Source: Acidimicrobiia bacterium | GTDB lineage: Bacteria; Actinomycetota; Acidimicrobiia; Spongiisociales; ZC4RG35 | Assembly: GCA_965203555.1 (NCBI GenBank) | Contig: CBDBCY010000004.1 | Span: 2,816,001-2,880,000 of the forward strand | Direction: 5' to 3' | Length of the DNA stretch: 64,000 nucleotides | Shown: piece by piece, positions 30,471 to 38,781 of the stretch | Layout of the letters: every line of letters starts with the position of its first letter | Numbering within the stretch: the first letter of the stretch is position 1 | Notes under the pieces: generated by a model | What the model saw: only the letters and a program-made list of their open reading frames with translations | Databases searched by the model: none | Told to the model about the DNA's origin: nothing | Translations under genes and position numbers: made by a program

Positions 30471-31391
30471 TCAGTGTCCTCCAAAGTCGACCCAGTCTTT
30501 CAAGTCGTCGAAAAAGACTCCGTCAACCCATGGATATGCGAAATTGAATCCCGGGCCCCGGAACAACACTCCCAGGATGGTGAGAGTGGCCGACCCGGTC
30601 AGGAAGATGGTGTAGAGCATGATGGCCAGTTTGCGGTCCGACGGCCGGGTGGAGGGATTGCGATCGATGTAGGGGATCATCATGAATCCCACTATCCCGA
30701 TCACCGTCGGCACAGTCACCCCGGCGATCTGAGGATCGAAATAGGACAGCATCTCCTGCAGCCCCAGGAAATACCAGGGCGCCTTCGACGGGTTGGGGGT
30801 GGCGTTGAAATTGGCCGCTTCCAACAGAGGCGCCTGGAGGATCACCGACAGAACCAAGAGGAATGCGGTCATCGCCAGCAGGGCGGTGAATTCGGTGATC
30901 ATCAGATGCGGCCAGGTGTTGACCTTGTCGGTGGGATCGGCCTTCACCTGCTGGATTGCCCGGGCTTTCACCACCGTCAGCAGCCGCTGGTGGCGCACTC
31001 CCTCCGGAAGGTCGGCCGGCGGCGCCGAGGGGCGGACCGACACCACCGCAGCCAGTCTTCCGGCGCCGTTTTCCGCCGTGTCGGCCGGAGCAACAGGAGG
31101 TGGTTCCGCGGCGGGCGCCTCGGGGGCCTCCGGCTCGGCCACCGCGGTGACGGCGGGCGGCGGGGCGGAAGCCGGGTCGGGAGGCTGGGGTTGCGGAGGC
31201 ATCTCCGAAACCGGAGTATGGGTGGTGGTCGGAACGAATTCCGGAGCGGGCACCGAAACCGACTCGGCGGCTATCTCGGTTACCGGGGCCTCCCCGCGCA
31301 TCTCGGCCAGCACCTGCTCCACCGGCAGGCCCAGCGCCTTGGCCTTGGCTTCGGCGGACCGCCTGAGCAGTTCTTCGGGTATCTGTGGCAC
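30471..31391 (-). CDS. Cytochrome b6f subunit IV-like (cytochrome b C-terminal) with N-terminal helical motif and Pro-rich linker
   Basis: 'TWPHL', 'ANFNATPNPSKAPWYFLGLQE' (PEWY-equivalent), 'PYIDRNP'. Confidence 0.88.
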   Translation of the reverse strand: MPQIPEELLRRSAEAKAKALGLPVEQVLAEMRGEAPVTEIAAESVSVPAPEFVPTTTHTPVSEMPPQPQPPDPASAPPPAVTAVAEPEAPEAPAAEPPPVAPADTAENGAGRLAAVVSVRPSAPPADLPEGVRHQRLLTVVKARAIQQVKADPTDKVNTWPHLMITEFTALLAMTAFLLVLSVILQAPLLEAANFNATPNPSKAPWYFLGLQEMLSYFDPQIAGVTVPTVIGIVGFMMIPYIDRNPSTRPSDRKLAIMLYTIFLTGSATLTILGVLFRGPGFNFAYPWVDGVFFDDLKDWVDFGGH

Positions 31392-31410
31392 TAGCGCTTA
31401 CCTCGCATAT

Positions 31411-32199
31411 TTACAGAGGTCCGGAGATGCCGCCGTCTTTGCGGACTCTCCAGAAGTGGACAGCCAAAAAGATCACGATGATGAAAGGGAGGAACAACAC
31501 ATGGAGCACGTACCATCGCAGCAGCGTCCCGGCGGTGACCTCCACCCCGCCCAACAAGGCGAATTTCACCTGCGTGCCTATCACCGGGACGAATCCGGCC
31601 ATGTTGGTTCCCACCGTCACCGCCCACAGGGCCAACTGGTCCCAGGGAAGCAGGTAGCCGGTGAAGGAAAGCAGCAGGGTCAGCAGCAACAGGATCACAC
31701 CCACCACCCAGTTGAACTCCCGGGGTGGCTTGTAGGCGCCGTGGTAGAACACCCGGGACATGTGGAGGAATACGGTGAGCACCATCAGATGGGCGCCCCA
31801 GCGGTGCATGTTCCTCATCAGGGAACCGAAGGCGATGTCGGTGGAGAGCGCCTGCACGTCGATGTAGGCGCGTTCGGCGGTGGGGGCGTAGTAGAACATC
31901 AGGAAAATTCCCGTGACGGTCAGGAGGATGAACAAGAAGAAACTCAGCCCGCCCAGGCACAGCGTGTAGGAAAGCTTGACTCCGTGCCGCTTGACCTTCA
32001 CCGGGTGGAGGTGGTAGAGCACGTTGTTCATGATCACGTAGGATCGGTTGCGGGGAGTGTCGGTGTATCCCTTCTTGAAAGGGGAACCGGGCCGCAGGAC
32101 CGAATCCATGAACTGGCCCGACCAGACCCGACCCGCCAAGTCGGCGGCATGGGTGCGGGCCTTGGTCATCAGACCCTGCTTTCCGTTTCGTCTGCTCAC
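31411..32199 (-). CDS. qcrB: Cytochrome b6-type (short) cytochrome b subunit
   Basis: 'YTLCLGG' (heme ci Cys), '[15 protein letters not shown]', 'TGYLLPWDQ', 'YVLHVLFLP...[16 protein letters not shown]'. Confidence 0.93.
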   Translation of the reverse strand: MSRRNGKQGLMTKARTHAADLAGRVWSGQFMDSVLRPGSPFKKGYTDTPRNRSYVIMNNVLYHLHPVKVKRHGVKLSYTLCLGGLSFFLFILLTVTGIFLMFYYAPTAERAYIDVQALSTDIAFGSLMRNMHRWGAHLMVLTVFLHMSRVFYHGAYKPPREFNWVVGVILLLLTLLLSFTGYLLPWDQLALWAVTVGTNMAGFVPVIGTQVKFALLGGVEVTAGTLLRWYVLHVLFLPFIIVIFLAVHFWRVRKDGGISGPL

Positions 32200-32209
32200 T
32201 GCTCGCTCC

Positions 32210-32659
32210 TTACCAGCGCATTCCGTAGGTGTAGCCGTGCTTGAAGTCTCGCTGGCCGGTGTCCACCTCCCAGGGCGCCGTGTTGAGGCCCATCTCCTCG
32301 GCCTGGGCGGCCAGGGAGCCCTCGAATTTTCCGAGTGAGATCACCCCGGTGGGACAGCGGTCGATGCACAGGGCGCAGCGGGTGCATTCGTTCTCGTCGA
32401 CCACGAAGAAACCATAGTTGGTGGTGTCTTGGCGGGGATCTTCGACATTGACCGCTTCGTCGATGGCTTCCATGGACAGATAGAAAATGCATTTCCACGG
32501 GCAGATGTCCACGCACCCTTCGCAGATGATGCATTCGGACTGGTCGATGTGGAGGAACTGCTTGGGACGAAGCTTCCCCTTGTAGAAGTCGTTCTCGACC
32601 AGGGCGAGCTGGTAGTCGTCGCGGAAGGGCGGGGTCTCGTCAACAACGCCGCGGGGCAT
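32210..32659 (-). CDS. 2x[4Fe-4S] dicluster ferredoxin
   Basis: [12 protein letters not shown] and [12 protein letters not shown]. Confidence 0.9.
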   Translation of the reverse strand: MPRGVVDETPPFRDDYQLALVENDFYKGKLRPKQFLHIDQSECIICEGCVDICPWKCIFYLSMEAIDEAVNVEDPRQDTTNYGFFVVDENECTRCALCIDRCPTGVISLGKFEGSLAAQAEEMGLNTAPWEVDTGQRDFKHGYTYGMRW

Positions 32660-32660
32660 C

Positions 32661-33287
32661 TCAGCGGTCTCCCTTCACCATCGGCCGGCCGTAGGGGGAG
32701 AGTTTGGTGGCGGCTTTCTTCTTGGGCGGCTTGTAAACCTGCTGGAACAGGTAGGCAACCAGGCCGGCTCCCGCCAGGGCGGTCACGTTGTAGCCTCCCG
32801 AAATCGCGTCCTTGATGGCCGCCCAGCTTATCGAGACCTCGTTGCCCAGCATCAGTATGGGAGGAATGTCGAAGGCGATCCGCTGGTTCGACCAGTCGAG
32901 GTCGGTCTGGGAGAGGTTGAGCCACTCGGAGGGGACAATGCCGAACACCAGCACGAACTCCATCCAGACCAGGAAGGCGGCGAAGGCAGCCCTGGCCCAG
33001 GTCATCTTTTGGTTGAGCACCCACAGGAAGGCGGCGCCCACCAGCATCATCTGGGAGGCGCCGAAGGCGGCCAGATAGCCGATGCTCTTCCAGAACCAAC
33101 CGCGCGGCACCCAGTTGAAGTAGTCCACCACCAGGGGCGTCGCCACCCCGTCGACGATCTCGGTCTCGGGGAGCTTGGAGTAGTGAACCCACAGCACGGC
33201 CACCGCCATCAGGCCGGTGCCCAGCACCAAAGACGCCCACCCGATGATGATTCGGTGCTTATCGCTTATGGCTGCGAGGCGATGCAT
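32661..33287 (-). CDS. Hypothetical 4-TM membrane protein, first gene of the qcr-like operon
   Basis: Hydrophobic segments, 'GIVPSEWL', C-terminal 'SPYGRPMVKG'; 1 bp from the ferredoxin start. Confidence 0.75.
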   Translation of the reverse strand: MHRLAAISDKHRIIIGWASLVLGTGLMAVAVLWVHYSKLPETEIVDGVATPLVVDYFNWVPRGWFWKSIGYLAAFGASQMMLVGAAFLWVLNQKMTWARAAFAAFLVWMEFVLVFGIVPSEWLNLSQTDLDWSNQRIAFDIPPILMLGNEVSISWAAIKDAISGGYNVTALAGAGLVAYLFQQVYKPPKKKAATKLSPYGRPMVKGDR

Positions 33288-33435
33288 CTTTAGGAGATGA
33301 CCTTCCCGGATCGGAGCACTCCTATTTTTACACCGCAGGCGCCTTCGAACAAAGTTTTGTGAGTTCCCTGCCGATCGCCGGCGGCACCCGGCAGCACGAC
33401 CGGCGCGCCGAGCGGGGTTTCGTTCTTGCTATCTT

Positions 33436-35016
33436 TTGGAGCGGCGATCATTGGCTAACTTTCCAATCTGGAGCCACGGGGGTCGTGCTCTGAATACAAC
33501 CAAGAATAATCAAGTCGCAGATCCGAAGAAACGAGCCGGACGGTACGCCGCCTGGTCGGACAGGTTGGGTCCGGACACCGCCGCCAAGTGGCACATCGTC
33601 ATGTCCACCGCCTTCCTGGCCCTGGCCGGGATTGTCTGGGTGGTGGCCATGGTGGAAGTTCGGTTCTCCGGCACGCTGACCGGGCCTTTCTCCTACGGTC
33701 GGGTGCGGTCCGTGGCTCTGTTGCTGGCGTTGATCGGCTGGTTGACGCTGTCCCTGGCGGGTGGGGTCTATTACCTGTTGCCCAGGCTCACCGGTACGCC
33801 GATGCGCGGCGAGGCGTTGGCCGTGGCCGGGGGAGCGGCCACTGCGGCGGTGACGGTGGCGGGAGCGGGGGTGGTGCTCCTGGGTTGGGGAGACGGAAGC
33901 GGCCCGTTCGCTCTTCCCTGGTGGGCTTCGCTTCCGCTGCTGGTCACTCTGCTGGCGCCGTCGGTAGTGACTGTCTCCACGGTTCGCCATCGTCAGGAAC
34001 CCAACATTTTTGTGTCTCTGTGGTATGTCCTGGCCGGGGTGGTCTGGCTGCCGCTTCTCTATCTGGCCGGCGCCATGGCGGCGCCCTCCTCGCTGGCCGG
34101 GGCTCTTTCCGAGTCGATAGCTCTGTTCGGGCTCTCCAACTTGTGGGTGGTGGGCGTGGGAGTGGGGCTGGCGTATTACGCCCTGGTGAAGGACACCGGC
34201 AATCCGCTGGCCAGCAGGCAGTTGGCGAGAGTCGGATTCTGGTCCCTGGCTTTCGCGTCGGCCTGGTCGGGCGTGGCGCCGCTGGTTTTCGGTCCCGTTC
34301 CGGGCTGGCTGGAAGCGGTGGCGTTTCTGATGACCCTCGCCCTTCCCGTGTCGGCTCTGGCCAACGCCGCCAATCTTTCTCTCACCGCCGAACAGACCTG
34401 GGCCGATCGGCAGAGCCGTCCGGTGGTCGCCGCTGCCCTGGCGGGGTCGTTCTTCGCCCTGTTGACGGCCTCTCTAACCAGCTTCGGGACGGTTCGCTCC
34501 GCGGCGGCCGTGGTGGGGCTCACCCCCTTCTGGGACGGTGTGCTGTACGGGACCCTGTTCGGCGCCGGCGGCCTGTTCGTTGCGGCCTGGTCCTACCAGG
34601 CGCTTCCGTCGATCAGCGGGCGGAAGTTGGCCGGCATGAACCTTGCCAGGGGGCATCTGCGGTTGACTTTCTGGGGAGTGGGTCTGACTTCGGCGCTGCT
34701 GGTGGGGGCCGGGTTGGTATCGGGCTACAGCTGGGCGGGCGGCGCCTACACAGGGATAAGTCCCACCGGCGCCGGATGGGGGGATCTGGCCGGCATGTCC
34801 TCGTTGCTGGTCGGGTTGTCCATACTGACCGGGCTGGTGGCTCTGGCGGGGCAATTGGCCTTCTGTCTGCTCATCTTCAGGACATTCACCACCGGCAGGC
34901 CCGCCGCACAGGAGATGTTCACTTTGGCGGATGAGGACCTTCCGGCCGATTCCGACAGTTCCTATGATGACGACGGCGGAAGCGATCCGGATAAAAGGGA
35001 GGAAGAGCAGGGATGA
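33436..35016 (+). CDS. cbb3-type cytochrome c oxidase subunit I (CcoN) homolog lacking canonical His ligands
   Basis: CcoN landmarks 'FSYGRVR', 'YYLLPRLTGTP', 'IFVSLWY', 'AYYALVK..GNPLAS..L..VGFWSL', 'YQALPSISGR'; about 12 TMs; start uncertain. Confidence 0.75.
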   Translation: MERRSLANFPIWSHGGRALNTTKNNQVADPKKRAGRYAAWSDRLGPDTAAKWHIVMSTAFLALAGIVWVVAMVEVRFSGTLTGPFSYGRVRSVALLLALIGWLTLSLAGGVYYLLPRLTGTPMRGEALAVAGGAATAAVTVAGAGVVLLGWGDGSGPFALPWWASLPLLVTLLAPSVVTVSTVRHRQEPNIFVSLWYVLAGVVWLPLLYLAGAMAAPSSLAGALSESIALFGLSNLWVVGVGVGLAYYALVKDTGNPLASRQLARVGFWSLAFASAWSGVAPLVFGPVPGWLEAVAFLMTLALPVSALANAANLSLTAEQTWADRQSRPVVAAALAGSFFALLTASLTSFGTVRSAAAVVGLTPFWDGVLYGTLFGAGGLFVAAWSYQALPSISGRKLAGMNLARGHLRLTFWGVGLTSALLVGAGLVSGYSWAGGAYTGISPTGAGWGDLAGMSSLLVGLSILTGLVALAGQLAFCLLIFRTFTTGRPAAQEMFTLADEDLPADSDSSYDDDGGSDPDKREEEQG

Positions 35017-35819
35017 GCGAACTTCTGGAGGCAGCGGCCCAGGTGGTTGGCGCTCCCCCCGAATTGGTGCAACGTTCCGCGGAGGCGCGGGCCGGGGCCG
35101 ACGGCATTTCGGTGGAGGAAGTTCTGAGAGCTTGGGCGGGGGGAGGACCCACGCCTTCCTCGCCGCCCGGGATAGAAACGCCGCCCCCGGCGCCCGCGCC
35201 GGCCGCCCCCGCTCCGCCGGCCGCCCCCACGGCGCCCCCACCCCCAGCTCCGCCGCCGCCCGTAGCGCCGCCTCCTCCGTCCGTGGCTCCTGCCACCCCT
35301 CCGGCCCAGCCTGTTCGGCCCGCCGCGGCGGCCACCGGCCCGCCCCCGGTGCTGAAGGGCCGGGTTGACCGGCCGTTTCGGTATTTCTTCGGCGCCGCCG
35401 CCCTGTTGGTCCTGTGTCTGGTGGTTACCCTGGTGCTTCCCTCCTTCTCCGGCGCCGGCCGCGGCGCTCTCCATTCCGAGATTCCCTACACTGAAGCGGC
35501 TTTGGTGGGACAGAGTGAGTACTTGGCGGAAGGGTGTGCAGGTTGCCACACCCAGATGGTCCGACCGATAGTGGCCGATGCGCAACTGGCCGCCTCGGCC
35601 GGACTGGGCGGGATAACCCTGTCCGACACCAACCAGGTGATTGGTCGGCAACGTTACGGTCCCGATCTGGCCAACGTGGGAAATCGGATGGATTCCGAAA
35701 CCATCGAGGCGGTGCTTTCAGGGGAGGGAGGTCACATTCTCTACCGGGGAAGCTGGATGGACGACCTCGTGGCTTATCTTGTGGAGTCGAGAGTTTTGAT
35801 GGAGGCAGCCGGTGAGTGA
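35013..35819 (+). CDS. cbb3-type subunit II (CcoO)-like monoheme cytochrome c with N-terminal motif and Pro-rich linker
   Basis: 'PYTEAALVGQSEYLAEGCAGCHTQMVRP', 'GRQRYGPDLANVG'. Confidence 0.82.
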   Translation: MSELLEAAAQVVGAPPELVQRSAEARAGADGISVEEVLRAWAGGGPTPSSPPGIETPPPAPAPAAPAPPAAPTAPPPPAPPPPVAPPPPSVAPATPPAQPVRPAAAATGPPPVLKGRVDRPFRYFFGAAALLVLCLVVTLVLPSFSGAGRGALHSEIPYTEAALVGQSEYLAEGCAGCHTQMVRPIVADAQLAASAGLGGITLSDTNQVIGRQRYGPDLANVGNRMDSETIEAVLSGEGGHILYRGSWMDDLVAYLVESRVLMEAAGE

Positions 35820-36849
35820 CTTTCTTGCGCAGGCGGCCCAAGCCATGGGCGCCCCCGAGGAATTGGTGCAGCGTTCTGCCGAGGCGCGGGCCGGGGCCGA
35901 CGGGGTTCCCGTGGAAGAGGTGCTGCGGGCCTGGGCCGGGGGAGGTCCGTCGCCCGCTGCGACCGCGCCGTCGCCCCCGCCTGCTGCCCCACCCGCCCCC
36001 GATCCGACTCCGTCGCCTGCCGTGGTCGCCACTCCAGAGCCCACCCCCATCCCCGCCGCGCCCCCGATCGCCGCGGCCGCCGAAGTTGCGGCCCCTGCCC
36101 CACCGGTCGTGGCAGCCCCCCCGCCGCCGCCCTCGGAAGTAACCACCAAAGAAGCTGTGTCCTTTCCGGTGGTGGTGTCGGTCCCGACCGCTCGCCTGAA
36201 GGAGCGGACATCTTCGATCCTTCCCCGGTGGCTGGCTGCCCTCTTCCTGGTGGTTCCGGTGATCGGGTTGCTCTATCTGGCGGGGAATTCCGCCCGGGCG
36301 GGTTGTGTGGAAGGAGGAGTGGAGTTGGCTGTCAACCCCATAGATTCCACGGTGGTCAACTGCGACGGAAGCGAGTTCACCGGTCGGGCCGAAGATACCG
36401 CCGGAGCGTTTCTGGTGGTGGGGGAAGTTGTTTTCGAGACCTGCGCCGGTTGCCACGGCGCCAACGGCGAGGGCGGCGTGGGCCCGGCCATGGCCACGGT
36501 GCTGTCGGTTTTCTCCAGTTGCCCCGACCACATCGAGTGGGTCGCCCTGGCCACCGGAGGGTTCCAGGACGCCGGCATCGACACCTACGGCGATCTGGCC
36601 AAACCGGTGGGCGGCGGAGGATTCATGCCCGGGTTCGCCACCAGCAACACCGCCGAGGAGATCGCCGCCGTGGTGGCCTTCGAGAGGATCCGTTTCGGCG
36701 GCGCCGACCCTGACGAGACCCTCGTCGAGTGCGGTTTGATCGATGGAGAGGACGGCGAAGAGACCGCAGAGACCGGATCAGAGACCGAGGAGGCGGAGAC
36801 CGAGGAGGCGGAGACAGACGAGGCCGAGGCCGAGCCTGCCGACCACTGA
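35812..36849 (+). CDS. Membrane-anchored cytochrome c (CcoP-like position) with N-terminal motif and Pro-rich linker
   Basis: 'CAGCHGANGEGGVGP', 'FMPGFA', acidic tail; GTG start overlaps the upstream gene. Confidence 0.82.
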   Translation: MSDFLAQAAQAMGAPEELVQRSAEARAGADGVPVEEVLRAWAGGGPSPAATAPSPPPAAPPAPDPTPSPAVVATPEPTPIPAAPPIAAAAEVAAPAPPVVAAPPPPPSEVTTKEAVSFPVVVSVPTARLKERTSSILPRWLAALFLVVPVIGLLYLAGNSARAGCVEGGVELAVNPIDSTVVNCDGSEFTGRAEDTAGAFLVVGEVVFETCAGCHGANGEGGVGPAMATVLSVFSSCPDHIEWVALATGGFQDAGIDTYGDLAKPVGGGGFMPGFATSNTAEEIAAVVAFERIRFGGADPDETLVECGLIDGEDGEETAETGSETEEAETEEAETDEAEAEPADH

Positions 36850-36872
36850 GCAGGAGGAGTCGGTCCCGATGC

Positions 36873-37157
36873 CTACCCTTCCGGCTTCCGCCCCCACCTG
36901 CTCTTTAGGATGGCCGCCCACAGCCGGGCGGTCTTGATCTCTCCCTCCGCCAGGACCTGACCTCCCTGTCCTTCCACCACCGGGATGCGCAGGCCGTAGT
37001 CGACAGCTATTTCCGGACGGCGATCGATGTTGATCTCCTCGATGGCGAAGCCGGACCACCGGGCTGCTCTGCGCACCCGAGGCGCCGCCGCCGCGCACAG
37101 ATGACACTCGGGGCGGGTGTAGAAGATCAGGCGCCGGCGCCCGCTGCTCGTTGTCAT
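36873..37157 (-). CDS. Glutaredoxin-like (DUF836) protein
   Basis: 'FYTRPECHLC', 'EINID', 'YGLRIPVV'. Confidence 0.82.
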   Translation of the reverse strand: MTTSSGRRRLIFYTRPECHLCAAAAPRVRRAARWSGFAIEEINIDRRPEIAVDYGLRIPVVEGQGGQVLAEGEIKTARLWAAILKSRWGRKPEG

Positions 37158-37253
37158 CTGACTAGGAGATATCCTTGGCCCCTGCAAACCTCGTTGTAGG
37201 GAGTGACCTAGTGCGACCCGGCACTGCGATAGCGATAGTGGTCTTGGCCTTGG

Positions 37254-38096
37254 TCATCGTGGGCGCGGCGGTGGCGCAATTGTGGGGATTGATGTTCTCT
37301 CCATGACCACCGACATCCGCTCGGTGAGATTCAGTTCGTCGCAGGCCCTTCCTTCTCTCATGGCTATGGCCACCAGACCGGCCGAGTCGACATGGATCAG
37401 CAACTCCCCTTTACGCACCTGCGCATAGGTGGCGCCTGTCTTGATCCGATGAGTCGAGGCGCCCAATCTCACCACCAGTTCGGTGCGATCCTCCAAGCCG
37501 GCGGCTTGCAGGTCATCGGGGGAGATATTGGTCTGCACATTGCCGAAGGTGTCCACCCACCAGGCTTCGCCACTGACTCGCCCTGCGGAGACCTCCGGCA
37601 GGGGCAGAAGCAGCGGCGTCACCTCATGGGCGCCGATCGCGGGTCCCAAATCCTGCAGAGATGCTTCACCGGCGGCCAGCGCCGCGGCGGCCGGTGCGAA
37701 CACGTCCCGTCCCCAGAAGGTGGCGGAGGCGGCGGGCAGACGAAACTCGGGATTGTCGATGGACACTATCCGGTGGGCGCCTCCCATCATGGCAACCGCC
37801 GGCGAGAGCAGGCCGTTGTCAGGTCCGACGAAGGTCATCTCGCCGGTCTCCACCGCCAAGGCACGCCGGTCGGTTCCCACGCCGGGGTCCACCACCGCCA
37901 ATGTGACCCCCGGCGGAAGGTACTGGACAGCGCGTAACAGCGAAAGGGCGCCTGCCCGGATGTCGCCGCGGGCGATTCTGTGGTTTATGTCGATGACCCG
38001 AGACTGCGGGGCAATCCGGGCTATCACTCCGTGCACCACCCCCACGAACTCGTCGTCGGTTCCAAAGTCGGAAAGGAAGCTGATCGGAAGACTCAT
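37254..38096 (-). CDS. SAM hydroxide adenosyltransferase / chlorinase-fluorinase family (DUF62)
   Basis: 'SDFGTDD', 'VVDPGVGTDRR', 'GPDNGLL', 'TFWGRDVFAP', 'VDTFGNVQTNI'. Confidence 0.9.
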   Translation of the reverse strand: MSLPISFLSDFGTDDEFVGVVHGVIARIAPQSRVIDINHRIARGDIRAGALSLLRAVQYLPPGVTLAVVDPGVGTDRRALAVETGEMTFVGPDNGLLSPAVAMMGGAHRIVSIDNPEFRLPAASATFWGRDVFAPAAAALAAGEASLQDLGPAIGAHEVTPLLLPLPEVSAGRVSGEAWWVDTFGNVQTNISPDDLQAAGLEDRTELVVRLGASTHRIKTGATYAQVRKGELLIHVDSAGLVAIAMREGRACDELNLTERMSVVMERTSIPTIAPPPRPR

Positions 38097-38361
38097 GATG
38101 TCCAGCGGTTCGACAGCATTAAGGCCAAGGCCTTTAAGGGTAGAGCCCCTGCTGATCGAGGGCGTCTTCTGTGTCATTTCATCACGAAAATCGCGACGGG
38201 CGAGGGGTCCTCCGGCGCCATCCCGCCTTCCCCAGAGGTGGCGCTCGGGAGACCCTCTTCCCGTCGGTCACTACAGGTTTGGGACACCGGGGCTGATTCT
38301 TCAAGTCAATCCGCAGCTTCTTTTCGCGATCCGGCGATCGGCGCCCATTCCCGGTAGAGGC

Positions 38362-38781
38362 TCAATTCCTCCGAAAGGCCATCATCACCAACGGTCGGAA
38401 GCTGAGTTCGACCGCTTCGTAGATCTCTCCCAACAGCAGGTCCAATGTCTCGGGAGTAACCTCCTGCACCTTCAGGCGACCGGTCAGCACCACTGCGCCC
38501 TCCCGATCAAGAGAAAAGTGGCATCGCCACATCCGGTGGTTGCGGAGAAGGCACAGCCGGTACACCTCCGCCCGGTTGGCGGGCGGCGCCGGAAGCACGT
38601 AGGCCTCGGCGCTGACTGTGCGGTCGCCCACCGTCCACCACACGGTGGTGGCCGAGCGGACCCCTTGGCGCATCCGCACCGCCCAGCGATCCTCTACCTC
38701 CTCGGCATATTCGACGTCGCTGTGCGGGTCGGCCACCCAGGCGGAGATGGTCTGCACCAAAACCGTGGCGGGATCGTTCAT
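38362..38781 (-). CDS. YbjN-like domain protein
   Basis: 'VGDRTVSAEAYVLPAP', 'VYRLCLLRN', 'FSLDREGAVVLTG'; usual mshA neighbour. Confidence 0.75.
   Translation of the reverse strand: MNDPATVLVQTISAWVADPHSDVEYAEEVEDRWAVRMRQGVRSATTVWWTVGDRTVSAEAYVLPAPPANRAEVYRLCLLRNHRMWRCHFSLDREGAVVLTGRLKVQEVTPETLDLLLGEIYEAVELSFRPLVMMAFRRN

Noticed and set aside
27990-32244. Long plus-strand ORFs (524, 488, 483 aa) opposite the qcr genes
   Set aside because: Antisense shadows typical of high-GC coding DNA; no motifs, while the minus-strand genes are clearly recognisable
33588-34934. 448 aa alternative-frame ORF overlapping the CcoN-like gene, considered as a hidden frameshifted source of the missing His ligands
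   Set aside because: Gly/Arg-rich and non-hydrophobic; CcoN landmarks continue uninterrupted in the main frame
35150-35350. Pro/Ala low-complexity DNA as a tandem repeat element
   Set aside because: Explained by the Pro-rich protein linker; no fixed nucleotide period
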